A stretch of 64,000 nucleotides of DNA, taken from NCBI GenBank assembly GCA_041854805.1, contig JBHADA010000037.1, positions 14,385-78,384 of the forward strand, written 5' to 3'. A model generated the notes under the pieces. That model was given only the letters and a program-made list of their open reading frames with translations. It did not search any database and was not told where the DNA came from. This DNA comes from Arachnia sp. (GTDB lineage: Bacteria; Actinomycetota; Actinomycetes; Propionibacteriales; Propionibacteriaceae). The translations under genes and the position numbers were made by a program. This document shows, piece by piece, positions 30,520 to 42,764 of the stretch. The first letter of the stretch is position 1. Each line of letters begins with the position of its first letter.

Positions 30520-31224
30520 TCACAGCTTCGGGTCCGCGCTCGTAAGGTATCCCTCAGCCCACAGCTCGGGGAGGGAGGCTCCGACCTTCAGCATCGCCAT
30601 GACCCGCTCGTCCTGGCTGACTCGCGAGAGGCTGGCATACCCATTGTCGCCGCGGGAGATGGTCCATAGCTCCTTCGGCTCGATCGCCGCGAGGAATTCG
30701 CGTGAGTGGGTAGTAACTAATACCTGCGATCTTCCAGACAGCTCACGGATGTCCTCGGCCAGGTCGGGCGAGTCGAGACTCTCCTCCTCGTACGTTGCGG
30801 ACTGCTCGTTGTAGACCCGCCCCCGTCCACGCGTGAAGTCCAGGATGTGAGTGGGGCGCCCAGGGCCCAGGCTCGTCGTCCAACGCAGCATCTCACGCTC
30901 GATCACAGGCTGTCCCTGTTCCTCACCGATGGCGAGCTGGTATGTGGTTTGACGCTGCCGGGAGTCGACATCAACCTTGTACTTGAGTTCGAACTCGACG
31001 GGACCCTCGCTCCCCCGGCTGCGGATGGCGCCCATTCGGTTGCGCCGTTCCCATGCGCTACGCAGCCCTCCGGTGAAGGCCTCGTGCAGGAAGGCGAAAG
31101 CGTCGAAAACGGTGGACTTGCCGCTGCCGTTCGGCCCCACAAGAACGGTCAGCGCCTTCAAGTCGTCGAACTTCACATCTCGCAGGACCCGGTAGTTGCG
31201 GATGCGCAGCGAGTCGATCCTCAC
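30520..31224 (-). pseudogene. AAA_21/AAA_15-like ABC ATPase with a large in-frame internal deletion
   Basis: IDSLRIRNYR, Walker A GPNGSGKST and H-loop VLVTTHS are present. No ABC signature or Walker B (EEPE) lies between them; the apparent junction is ...DSPDL|AEDIR... near 30757-30762. Confidence 0.75.
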
Positions 31225-32339
31225 CGTGTTCGCTCCATCATGTCGGCGAAGCGGTCGAAGAGGTAGTTGGCGTCATGGGGGCCGGCGGCGGCCTCCGGGT
31301 GGTATTGCACCGAGAAGCCGATGAGGCGACCGTCACGGCGCAGCTCCAAGCCCTCCACGACATCGTCGTTGAGGCAGACGTGGCTGACGGTGGCCTCGCC
31401 ATAGGGGGTCTCGGTGGCGCGATCCAAGGCAGCGTCGACGGCGAAGCCGTGGTTATGAGCGGTGACCTCCACCTTGCCCGTCGTGCGGTCCAGCACCGGT
31501 TGGTTGATGCCGCGGTGCCCGAACTTGAGCTTGTAGGTGCCAAAACCCAGCGCCCGGCCGAAAAGCTGGTTGCCGAAGCAGATGCCGAAGTAGGGCAGGC
31601 CGGCTCCCAGGATGCCCCGCAGCAACTCGACCGGGCCATCGGCGGTGGCTGGATCGCCTGGCCCATTGGAGAAGAACACTCCGTCTGGCGCGATGGCCAG
31701 CACCTCGTCGAGAGACACTGTGACGGGGAGGACGTGCACCTCCATGCCACGCGCGGCCATCTGGGTTGGCGTCATCGACTTGATGCCGAGGTCGATGGCG
31801 GCCACGGTGAACCGCTTCGCCCCCACCGCAGGCACGACGTATGGCTCGGTGGTACTGACGTCGGCGCTGAGGTCGGCGCCCTTCATCTCGGGTGAGGCGA
31901 GCACGCGGGCCAGCAGAGCGTCGGGGTCGGTCTCGACGGTGGAGATGCCCACTCGCATCGCGCCGGTCTCGCGGATGTGCCGGGTGAGCGCCCGGGTATC
32001 GATGCCGCTGATACCGACGATGCCCTGGGCCTTGAGTTCGTCGTCGAGGCCGCGGCGGCTACGCCAGTTCGAGGGTCGAGGCGAGGGATCGCGCACGATG
32101 TAGCCCGCCACCCAAATCCGCGACGACTCATCGTCTTCGTCGTTCCACCCGGTGTTGCCGATGTGAGGAGCGGTGGCCAGCACCACCTGCCGGTGATAGC
32201 TGGGGTCGGTCAGCGTCTCCTGGTAACCGGACATGCCGGTGCTGAAAACGAGTTCTCCGAAGGTCTCTCCCTCGGCTCCGAACGACTGGCCACGAAACAC
32301 GCGCCCGTCCTCCAGAACCAGCAATGCAGGAAGGGACAT
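31221..32339 (-). CDS. carA: Carbamoyl-phosphate synthase small subunit
   Basis: [45 protein letters not shown]. Confidence 0.98.
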   Translation of the reverse strand: MSLPALLVLEDGRVFRGQSFGAEGETFGELVFSTGMSGYQETLTDPSYHRQVVLATAPHIGNTGWNDEDDESSRIWVAGYIVRDPSPRPSNWRSRRGLDDELKAQGIVGISGIDTRALTRHIRETGAMRVGISTVETDPDALLARVLASPEMKGADLSADVSTTEPYVVPAVGAKRFTVAAIDLGIKSMTPTQMAARGMEVHVLPVTVSLDEVLAIAPDGVFFSNGPGDPATADGPVELLRGILGAGLPYFGICFGNQLFGRALGFGTYKLKFGHRGINQPVLDRTTGKVEVTAHNHGFAVDAALDRATETPYGEATVSHVCLNDDVVEGLELRRDGRLIGFSVQYHPEAAAGPHDANYLFDRFADMMERTR

Positions 32340-32355
32340 GCGTATGACCTCTCAA

Positions 32356-32781
32356 TCAATTGGTCGTGGGCTTGGTGGCCAATGCCTTAGACAATAGGCC
32401 GTTGAGGAACGCTGGGGAGTCATTCGTGGAAAGGTCGCCCGCCAACCGCACCGCCTCCGCGATGACGGCTGACGGGGGTGTTGCGGTGTAATCCAGTTCG
32501 AACACGGCGATGCGAGCCAGGTTGCGGTCCACCGCGGGCATACGCTCGAGCGGCCATGAACTCGTCGTCGACTCGGCGATGCGCTGATCGATGGCCAAGG
32601 CGTGTTCGGCGTAACCGAGCACGATGTCGCGGGTGAGTTCGCGCGTGACGCCCGTGGCCAACGAGCGTTGCTCGGCGAAGGTCTCCGCCACCGAGGCACC
32701 GCGCTGGTCCGCCATGAACAAGATATCCAGGGCGGCCTTGCGGGCCTTGGTCTGCGTGCTGTAGCGGGGGGCGTCGGGCAT
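32356..32781 (-). CDS. nusB: Transcription antitermination factor NusB
   Basis: ARKAALDILF, WPLERMPAVDRN, EAV.LA..LS...SPAFLNG.L. Start ATG 32781. Confidence 0.93.
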   Translation of the reverse strand: MPDAPRYSTQTKARKAALDILFMADQRGASVAETFAEQRSLATGVTRELTRDIVLGYAEHALAIDQRIAESTTSSWPLERMPAVDRNLARIAVFELDYTATPPSAVIAEAVRLAGDLSTNDSPAFLNGLLSKALATKPTTN

Positions 32782-32785
32782 TCGG

Positions 32786-33349
32786 TCAGGACTTGACCCG
32801 GCCAAGGTACGAGCCGTCCCGGGTATCCACCTTGACCCGCTCGCCCGTTGTGATGAAGAGGGGCACCTGGATCTGCTTGCTCGTCTCCAGCGTGGCGGGC
32901 TTGGTGCCGCCGGTGGAACGGTCTCCTTGCAGGCCGGGCTCGGTGTAGGTCACCTCGAGTTCCACGGATGCGGGCAATTCGATGAACAGCGGGGTGCCCT
33001 CATGGGTGGCGACGATGGCGTTCTGGTTTTCCAGCATGTAGTCCTTGGCATCGCCCACGATGTCGCCAGAGATATGAAGCTGGTCGTAGGTGGTGTTGTC
33101 CATGAAGACGTAGTCCTCGCCATCGAGGTACAGATACTGCATCTCGCGGCGATCGACGGTGGCGGTATCCACCTTGGTGTCGGAGTTGAACGTCTGGTCC
33201 ACGATCTTGCCGGTCAGCACGTTCTTGAGCTTCGTGCGCACGACGGTGTTGCCCTTGCCTGGCTTGTGGTGCTGGAACCACAGCACCTGCCACAGCTCGC
33301 CGTTGAGGTCGAGCACCATGCCGTTCTTCAGGTCGTTGGTTGACGCCAT
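32786..33349 (-). CDS. efp: Translation elongation factor P
   Basis: [36 protein letters not shown]. Confidence 0.97.
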   Translation of the reverse strand: MASTNDLKNGMVLDLNGELWQVLWFQHHKPGKGNTVVRTKLKNVLTGKIVDQTFNSDTKVDTATVDRREMQYLYLDGEDYVFMDNTTYDQLHISGDIVGDAKDYMLENQNAIVATHEGTPLFIELPASVELEVTYTEPGLQGDRSTGGTKPATLETSKQIQVPLFITTGERVKVDTRDGSYLGRVKS

Positions 33350-33447
33350 GCAAGTCTCCTAGTCGCTACATCCGGGGCAGTGGCCGCGCGGACCCGCCGA
33401 GCGAGTTTACCCGTTCCCACCTACACGCGGCCAATTGCGCAGGCATG

Positions 33448-33479
33448 ACACAGGGGCCGGACGAATCCGGCCCCTGTGT
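33448..33479 (-). terminator. Strong hairpin terminator downstream of the thioester-domain gene
   Basis: 14-bp perfect stem ACACAGGGGCCGGA/TCCGGCCCCTGTGT with a TTCG tetraloop on the minus strand, 16 nt after the stop codon. Confidence 0.85.
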
Positions 33480-33495
33480 TAGCGGCGATTAACGA

Positions 33496-34698
33496 TTAGA
33501 CGCCCGTCTTCGGCAAGCCTGGCCGCGACGGCGGAGGGGCCGTGGTGGTGGTCGTCGGAGGCGTGGTCTTCAGCGTGGGAGGCGTGGTCTCCGGGGTCGG
33601 AGGCGTGGTCTCCGGCGTGGGAGGCGTGGTCTCCGGCGTGGGAGGCGTGGTCTCCGGCGTGGGAGGCGTGGTCTCCGGCGTGGGAGGCGTGGTCTCCGGG
33701 GTCGGAGGCGTGGTCTCCGGCGGTGTAGGAGCGGCCTTCCAGGCAACCTTGGCCTCGGCCGAGACCTCGACCGAGCGGTTGTTGCCAATGATGATGGTCT
33801 GGCTACGCTTCCCGCGAGCCACCAGGAGCTGGCCGGAGTAGGCGCTGCCCACCGCGGTCACCTTGATGGTCTGCTCCCCGGCGGCCGTACCGGCCGGGAC
33901 ATCCAGGAACAGGTCAACGCCCGTGGGGACAGCCTTCAGGTCAACGGCCTTGCCGTCGGCGTCCACCAGGGGGTGCGCCAGGGGCTCCACCGCGACGGTG
34001 GCCTGGCCCGACTCGATGCGGATGGGCCCGATCTTCTTGCCAGCCTCGCCCACCTCCTCCGGAGCGGTCACCGTGACGGTCGGGCCGGCGGTCTCCTCGA
34101 GACCGGTGTTGGCCTCGCCGGTGAGGTAGTTGTACAGCGCTTGGACGCGCTTGGCCGAGTCGGACTCAGTGTCCCCATTCGTCAGGCCGGTGTAGCTGAA
34201 CCCGTCGGTGAAGTGCCAGATGGCGGCCTGGGTGCCGGCGATGGCCTCCTCCTTGGTCAGCCCTTCGACCTTGGCGGCGGTGGCGATCTGAGTCAGCTCC
34301 GCATCCGGGTAGCTGCGCTGGACGATCCAGGCCACCTTGGCGCGCACCTGGGGATCGGTCTTGAACTTGTTGTCGCCTGGGAATCCGTCCCAGCCCTGAA
34401 CATCGACCTCGGCGCCCCAGTTGGTGATGCCGACTCTGAATTCGATGCAGTAGGCCTGGATGGCGCCGTTCCTGTCATCGGTGTGCACCGTGAACAGGCG
34501 GGGCGTCAACTGCTTCCCTCCGCCCAGGTGCACCGGCAAGCCCGCTATGGACTCCTCGCTGGTGCCGAGCTTCGGGTAGCCCGTGGGATAGTCGTCAGCC
34601 CTCGCGGGCTGGCTCCCGAAGATGATGGTTGCGGCTAGGAGCGCGGCCGTGACGACTGCCAGTAATCCCCTCAGCCGCTTCAGTGATGCGTGTTGCAT
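33496..34698 (-). CDS. Thioester-domain (TED/TQXA) surface protein with Pro/Thr stalk and terminal LPKTG
   Basis: Signal peptide ending ARA|DD, AYCIE (thioester Cys) and TQAAIW (Gln) motifs, PETTPPT repeats, C-terminus LPKTGV*. Confidence 0.88.
   Translation of the reverse strand: MQHASLKRLRGLLAVVTAALLAATIIFGSQPARADDYPTGYPKLGTSEESIAGLPVHLGGGKQLTPRLFTVHTDDRNGAIQAYCIEFRVGITNWGAEVDVQGWDGFPGDNKFKTDPQVRAKVAWIVQRSYPDAELTQIATAAKVEGLTKEEAIAGTQAAIWHFTDGFSYTGLTNGDTESDSAKRVQALYNYLTGEANTGLEETAGPTVTVTAPEEVGEAGKKIGPIRIESGQATVAVEPLAHPLVDADGKAVDLKAVPTGVDLFLDVPAGTAAGEQTIKVTAVGSAYSGQLLVARGKRSQTIIIGNNRSVEVSAEAKVAWKAAPTPPETTPPTPETTPPTPETTPPTPETTPPTPETTPPTPETTPPTPETTPPTLKTTPPTTTTTAPPPSRPGLPKTGV
33557..33722. repeat. 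Tandem repeat, about 8 x 21 bp, encoding (PETTPPT)n
   Basis: Unit GGAGGCGTGGTCTCCGGCGTG repeats head to tail with few substitutions. Confidence 0.95.
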
Positions 34699-34874
34699 AC
34701 GCGTCCTCGAAACGGTCGAGTCCCCAAGTAAGGGACGTTTACATAGTGCCCCCCCAAGGGCGTATCTAACCAGAACCCTGCCCGGTATTGAAAGGGGGGT
34801 CGGTTAAGCCCTACGGACACCTCGATGGCCGTCGCCATAACGCCTCGGAAAGGCTCTGGCAACCTCGCACGGGG

Positions 34875-34976
34875 GCGAAATTGTTATGGAGTCGTTAAAA
34901 TCTCGGCAGGAAAACGCGCAGGAGAAGACGGTTCGTCCCTCTCTACACGGCAGCGGAATTGTTATGGAGTCGTTAA
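34875..34976. repeat. Two copies of a 24-bp AT-rich direct repeat, 78 bp apart, one overlapping the aroB stop
   Basis: GCG(A/G)AATTGTTATGGAGTCGTTAA at 34875-34898 and 34953-34976. Confidence 0.85.
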
Positions 34977-36044
34977 CTCTTGGTAAGAAAGGGCAAGAAC
35001 CGCCTCATCCGGGTCCTCCACGATCACCGGCTCGCCCAGGGCGCTCAGGCCAACGAGCCGCAGCGACGCACCACGGGCCTTCTTGTCGAGGCTCATGATG
35101 GGGCGCAACTCCTCGAACGGGGCGCCATACCTGAGCGGTAGGCCGAGGGACCCCAGGAGTTCGTCGTGCAGGGCGACCGCCGCATCGTCAAGGCCCAGCA
35201 GCACCCGCGACACCCGCGCCATCCAGGCCATCCCCACGCTGATCGCTTGCCCGTGGCGCCACGCGAAATGTGCATGGGCCTCGATGGCGTGGCCGAGGGT
35301 GTGCCCATAGTTGAGCGCCTCGCGGCCCACGCGCGTGCCTGACGATGTGCGCTCGGTGAAGTCGGCGGCGACCACGCGAGCTTTGACGGCAATGGCGCGG
35401 GCGACCAATTCCGCAAAGCGAGCGCTGGTCACGTCACGGCTTTGGGCTAGGTCCTCGTCCTCCTGGCACAGCCGCAGGATTTCACCGTCTGAAATCAGAC
35501 CGCACTTGATCACCTCGGCTAAGCCTGAGGCCACCTCCGGCCCGGGCAACCCGGCCAGCAGGTCCAGATCGCACAAGACGGCGCGCGGTTCGTAGAACGC
35601 GCCGACGAGATTCTTCCCGGCGTCAAGGTTGATGCCGGTCTTCCCCCCGACCGCCGCATCCACCATGGCCAGTACCGAGGTGGGTACGCTGATATAGGCA
35701 ACGCCACGCAACCATGTTGCCGCGACGAAGCCCGCCAAGTCGGTGGTAGTTCCCCCGCCCACACCGATGACAAGATCGTTGCGGGTGAGGCCGGCCGCAG
35801 CCAAGGCATCCCAGCATCGCGTCAGCACCACGGGGGTCTTGGCTGCCTCGGCGTCAGGCACCTCCACGAGGGTGACGGGCGCCTCGAGCATCGCGGCAAT
35901 CCGTGCAGCGATAGGTTCGAGCGCGCCGGGGTGGATCACCGCCGCCCGGCTCGCCCCGCCGAGTAGTCCCGGGAGCCGTTCGAGGGCGCCCGATTCGATG
36001 TGGACATCGTAAGGGCTGCGCGGCGAATCAACGTGGACGATCAC
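34962..36044 (-). CDS. aroB: 3-dehydroquinate synthase
   Basis: GGGTTTDLAGF.AATWLRG, MVDAAVGGKTG, LNYGHTLGHA, HG.AIS.G. Confidence 0.96.
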   Translation of the reverse strand: MIVHVDSPRSPYDVHIESGALERLPGLLGGASRAAVIHPGALEPIAARIAAMLEAPVTLVEVPDAEAAKTPVVLTRCWDALAAAGLTRNDLVIGVGGGTTTDLAGFVAATWLRGVAYISVPTSVLAMVDAAVGGKTGINLDAGKNLVGAFYEPRAVLCDLDLLAGLPGPEVASGLAEVIKCGLISDGEILRLCQEDEDLAQSRDVTSARFAELVARAIAVKARVVAADFTERTSSGTRVGREALNYGHTLGHAIEAHAHFAWRHGQAISVGMAWMARVSRVLLGLDDAAVALHDELLGSLGLPLRYGAPFEELRPIMSLDKKARGASLRLVGLSALGEPVIVEDPDEAVLALSYQELTTP

Positions 36045-36538
36045 ATCGCGCCCCTTTCCGCCGCGAGGGCATCCGCCACCTCGACGCTCCCCCGACCGTC
36101 CGTGTCGACGCTCTGGGTGGCCACGGCCTCATAGACGGGAGTGCGTTCCCGGAGCAGTTCGATCAGCCGGCCACGCACATTGCCCAACAGCAGCGGACGG
36201 GCCTTGTTCATCCCAACCCGGCGCGTCGCCTGCCCGATAGAGACCTTGAGCCACACCACTTCGTGGCCCTCCAACGCCCCACGGATCCTCGGATTCATCA
36301 CCGCTCCCCCACCCAATGAGATCACGTCGTGGCTCTCCAGCAATTCGAGCGTCGCTTCCTCCTCCAGAGCCCGGAAATGAGCCTCACCCTCGTCCGCGAA
36401 GATCTCCGCCACGGGCTTACCCACCACCTGTTCGATCCGTTGATCGACGTCAACGAACGTACGGCCAAGCTTGCGGGCAAGCCGCTTGCCGACGCTGGTC
36501 TTACCGGCGCCGGGCGCGCCGATCAGCACGATGCTCAT
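36041..36538 (-). CDS. aroK: Shikimate kinase
   Basis: [25 protein letters not shown]. Confidence 0.95.
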   Translation of the reverse strand: MSIVLIGAPGAGKTSVGKRLARKLGRTFVDVDQRIEQVVGKPVAEIFADEGEAHFRALEEEATLELLESHDVISLGGGAVMNPRIRGALEGHEVVWLKVSIGQATRRVGMNKARPLLLGNVRGRLIELLRERTPVYEAVATQSVDTDGRGSVEVADALAAERGAM

Positions 36539-37722
36539 GGGGCGATCCCCAATCCTCTCTCCGCGACATCGGCGAGATAGGCCTCACGGTTGCGCCTCGT
36601 CTCGGCCACCGAGTCGCCGCCGAACTTCTCGAGGGCCACCTCGGCAAGCACGAGAGCCACCATGGCCTCGGCCACGACCCCAGCAGCGGGAACCGCGCAC
36701 ACGTCGCTGCGCTGGTGATGGGCAGCGGCCTCGGCGCCGGTGGACGTGTCGATCGTGCGCAGCGCCCGCGGGACCGTCGCGATGGGCTTCATCGCCGCTC
36801 GCACCCGAAGCACCTCGCCGGTCGACATACCTCCCTCGGTGCCGCCGCTGTGCTGCGTGGCACGCCGGATGCCGGGGAGGATCTCGTCGTGCGCGGCGGA
36901 GCCCCGGCGACGAGCCAGGTCAAAGCCGTCGCCCAGCTCGACTCCCTTGATGGCCTGGATGCCCATGAGGGCGCCCGCAAGCTTGGCGTCGAGCCTTCGG
37001 TCGCCTTGGGTGTGCGATCCCAGCCCTGGGGGGAGCCCCCAGGCCAGCACCTCGACGACGCCACCGAGGGTGTCACCGTCGCGGCGGCAGGCCTCCACCT
37101 CAGCCTGCATTGCCGCCGATGCCTCCGGGTCGAAACAGCGCACGGGGTCCTCGTCGATGGCACTCAGGTCCTCAAAGGTCGGCAGGTCAAGGCTGGTCGC
37201 GCGCACGGGCCCCAGCTCGACAACATGGCTGACCACGGTGACGTCGAGCGCCTGCCGTAGGAACGCCTGAGCGATAGTGCCAAGCGCGACTCGGGCGGCG
37301 GTCTCCCTGGCTGACGCACGCTCCAGAATGGGGCGGGCCTCGTCGAAGTCGTACTTTTGCATACCGGCCAGGTCGGCATGCCCGGGACGGGGGCGAGTCA
37401 GCGGGGCGTTGCGTGCGAGGTCGGCCAACTCCGCACCGGGCACGGCCCCGGGGGCCATGACTCTCTCCCACTTCGGCCATTCGGTGTTTCCCACCTCAAT
37501 GGCGATCGGTGATCCCAAGGTCTCGCCATGGCGGAACCCCGCCAATAGCCGCACCTCGTCGGCCTCGAACTTCATCCGGGCGCCCCGCCCAGCGCCCAAA
37601 CGCCGCCGCCTCAGGTTCTCAGCGATCTCGTCGCGTCCCACCCGAACATGGGCGGGAATACCCTCCATGGTGGCGATGAGAGCTTGGCCATGGGATTCCC
37701 CTGCCGTCAGGTATCGAAGCAT
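36535..37722 (-). CDS. aroC: Chorismate synthase
   Basis: [39 protein letters not shown]. Confidence 0.97.
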   Translation of the reverse strand: MLRYLTAGESHGQALIATMEGIPAHVRVGRDEIAENLRRRRLGAGRGARMKFEADEVRLLAGFRHGETLGSPIAIEVGNTEWPKWERVMAPGAVPGAELADLARNAPLTRPRPGHADLAGMQKYDFDEARPILERASARETAARVALGTIAQAFLRQALDVTVVSHVVELGPVRATSLDLPTFEDLSAIDEDPVRCFDPEASAAMQAEVEACRRDGDTLGGVVEVLAWGLPPGLGSHTQGDRRLDAKLAGALMGIQAIKGVELGDGFDLARRRGSAAHDEILPGIRRATQHSGGTEGGMSTGEVLRVRAAMKPIATVPRALRTIDTSTGAEAAAHHQRSDVCAVPAAGVVAEAMVALVLAEVALEKFGGDSVAETRRNREAYLADVAERGLGIAP

Positions 37723-37734
37723 TGGGCCATTGTG

Positions 37735-38544
37735 TCAGAGTCGGCTTTTGAGTTCTTCCTCAGCGGCCGCCCGGCATTGCGCAAAAGTGACATGTCTTCC
37801 GGTCATCAGGAAAAACTGATCCACCGCCTGGCCCGCCAGTAGATCAAGACCATCCAACGTGGGTCTACCTGCGGCTTGCCCAGCCCGGCCAAGCGGAGTG
37901 GGCCACGGGTCATACACCACGTCGAACACGGCCTGGGCCGCACCGGCCAAAGACTCGGCCACGTCTGCCGTCGCCTCCGGCGGCACGGTGTTGACCACCA
38001 CGTCCACCGCAGGACAAGCGTCCGTGAGCCGTCGAACTTCAACCGCCACGCCGAGAGGCGCCGCGAGATCTGCCAAGGCAGCGGCTCGCTCGGGCCTGCG
38101 CGCCAGCACCACCGCATCCCGAAGCCCGAGCCCGGCGAGCGCTAAGAGGATGGAGCGAGCCGTGGCCCCATTCCCGACGACGGCCGCGCTACGAGGAGCG
38201 GGCAGTTCGTGGGTCCTCCACGCCCGGGCGAACCCCGGCACGTCCGTGTTATGGATGGTGGGCCTCTCCCCAAAAAGGATCGTGTTCCCGGCCCCCAGCA
38301 AGCGGGTAGGCTCGTCGGGTTCTCCGAAGGCGACGATGGCTTGTTTGTGCGGCGCGGTCACGCTCAGACCGGCATACGACGGGTCCCTTCCGCACTCCCT
38401 CACGAATGCGGAAAGATCTTCGGCTGGCACGGTGTGGGCCTCGTAGTGCCACTCCAAGCCGTGAACGGCGTAACCGGCCCGGTGGATGGCCGGGGAGAGG
38501 GAGTGCCCAGCGGGGTCGCCAACCACTCCAGCCTGCCTCAGCAT
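37735..38544 (-). CDS. aroE: Shikimate dehydrogenase
   Basis: G.P..HSLSP.IH, GLSVT.PHK, NTD..G, VGNGATAR, FDVVY.P. Confidence 0.93.
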   Translation of the reverse strand: MLRQAGVVGDPAGHSLSPAIHRAGYAVHGLEWHYEAHTVPAEDLSAFVRECGRDPSYAGLSVTAPHKQAIVAFGEPDEPTRLLGAGNTILFGERPTIHNTDVPGFARAWRTHELPAPRSAAVVGNGATARSILLALAGLGLRDAVVLARRPERAAALADLAAPLGVAVEVRRLTDACPAVDVVVNTVPPEATADVAESLAGAAQAVFDVVYDPWPTPLGRAGQAAGRPTLDGLDLLAGQAVDQFFLMTGRHVTFAQCRAAAEEELKSRL

Positions 38545-39650
38545 CGGTCGCTGGTCTCGCAGTATTTCTGGAACAGCTTGACGTTCTTCTGGTGTTCCTC
38601 GTAGGTCTCGGCGAACCGGGTCTCGCCAGTTTCGAGGTTGACCGTGACGAAGAACTTGGCCTTGCTGTCGGCAGGGGTTAGGGCGGCCTCGAGCGCAGCC
38701 TTGCCCGGATTACCGATGGGCCCGGCGGGCAGGCCAGGGTTCCGGTAAGTGTTGTAAGGCGAGTTGACCTTGCGGTCCTCGGCGGTGGTGGTCACCTTGT
38801 CGTACTGGCCGATCGCGTAGTGAACGGTGGAGTCCATCTCCAGCTTCTCGTTCGCCTTGAGCCTGTTGTAAATGACGGCGGACACCTGCGGAAGGAGATC
38901 ATCCTTGTTGACCTCCTTTTCGAGGATGGATGCGACGATCACGATGTCGCGCGGGGAGCGTCCGAGTTCTGCGGCACGGGCCTCGAGATTGATCTCACTG
39001 GCGACCTTGTTGAACTGGTCAACCTGTGTCTTGATGATGGAGGAGGCCCGCGGAGGTTCGACCACCTGATAGGTGGAGGGGAAGAGGAAGCCCTCGAGCT
39101 TGTCGTTGGCGTAGCCCGGCAGGCCGTACTGGGTGACGTCCTTCTCCGCCTCCGCGACGTCTTCAGCCTTTATGCCCACGCTGGCAGCGATGATGTCGCG
39201 CTGTTGGGTCATGGTCTTGCCTTCGGGGAAGGTGACCTGGAGCCGGATCTGATTGGCCGGGTTCAGCAGCATCTGCACCGCCTTCTCCGCGGGCACTTGC
39301 TTCTTCAACTTGAATCGTCCGGCTTGAACCTTGTTCGCCGCGTCAGCCTCCGAAACCGCGTCGCGAAACGCCTTCGTGGAGCGCACCACGCCGGCCTCGG
39401 TGAGCATGTCCCCGATCTGGGTGATCCCCATGCCCTGCTCGATAAGGACCTCCACGTCGGTCGTCCCCTCACCGATGAAGTCTTCGGTGGTGCGCCACTC
39501 GATGTAGGCGTCGTTGATGATGTTGTAGACGACCAAACCGCCGCCAACCAGCACCGTCAACGACAAGATGACTGCGAATGCGCTGCGCGCTCGGTAACCG
39601 ATCTGGCCCCAGTGGAAGCGACCTTCGTTGTCCGTGAACCTTGGGCTCAC
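38538..39650 (-). CDS. mltG: Endolytic transglycosylase MltG (YceG)
   Basis: TM anchor, LEGFLFPSTY, ASILEKE catalytic Glu, SPYNTY...GLP.GPI.NPG. Confidence 0.93.
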   Translation of the reverse strand: MSPRFTDNEGRFHWGQIGYRARSAFAVILSLTVLVGGGLVVYNIINDAYIEWRTTEDFIGEGTTDVEVLIEQGMGITQIGDMLTEAGVVRSTKAFRDAVSEADAANKVQAGRFKLKKQVPAEKAVQMLLNPANQIRLQVTFPEGKTMTQQRDIIAASVGIKAEDVAEAEKDVTQYGLPGYANDKLEGFLFPSTYQVVEPPRASSIIKTQVDQFNKVASEINLEARAAELGRSPRDIVIVASILEKEVNKDDLLPQVSAVIYNRLKANEKLEMDSTVHYAIGQYDKVTTTAEDRKVNSPYNTYRNPGLPAGPIGNPGKAALEAALTPADSKAKFFVTVNLETGETRFAETYEEHQKNVKLFQKYCETSDRC

Positions 39651-40097
39651 TGTTCCTCCTTCACGAGCTCGCCCACCGGCTCGCCCTTTCGGTGTTCCGC
39701 ATCGAGTGCGCGCTGCAGGATCTCCACAGCCGCCGCCTGATCAATGACGCCACGCTGAGCCTTTGCGCGTCGTCCCGCTCCCGACAGGCTACGCGACGCA
39801 GACGCGGTAGACATCCGTTCATCGACGAGACGTACCTGGATTGGCCACATCGCATGAGCGAGGGCGGTCGCCTTGCCGATGACGAACTCGGCCGAGGGCC
39901 CACGTTGCCCAGCCAGCGTGAGGGGCAGACCAACGTAAATCACCGCGGGTTCGTACTCGCTGATGATCGAGCCCATCCGCCGGAGTTCGTCGGCTCCCGC
40001 CTGGACGGTGGTGACGGGATAGGCCAAGGCGGTGCCAGCGTTGCAGGCGGCCACCCCGATGCGGGCCTTGCCCCAGTCGATGCCCAGACGGACGCCG

Positions 40098-40105
<8 letters not shown>
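39647..40105 (-). CDS. ruvX: RuvX/YqgF pre-16S rRNA nuclease
   Basis: LGIDWG.ARIGVA, VGLP, VDERMST, IDQAAAV.IL. Start GTG 40105. Confidence 0.93.
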
Positions 40106-42746
<2,641 letters not shown>

Positions 42747-42764
42747 GTGGGATCCTCGTTGGGG

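Noticed and set aside
33557-33722. Regular 21-bp repeats resembling a CRISPR array
   Set aside because: Head-to-tail with no spacers, in frame within a CDS, and no cas genes.
34875-34976. Repeat-spacer-repeat as a mini CRISPR
   Set aside because: Only two copies, a 54-bp gap, overlap with the aroB stop, and no cas genes or leader. Reported as a direct repeat instead.
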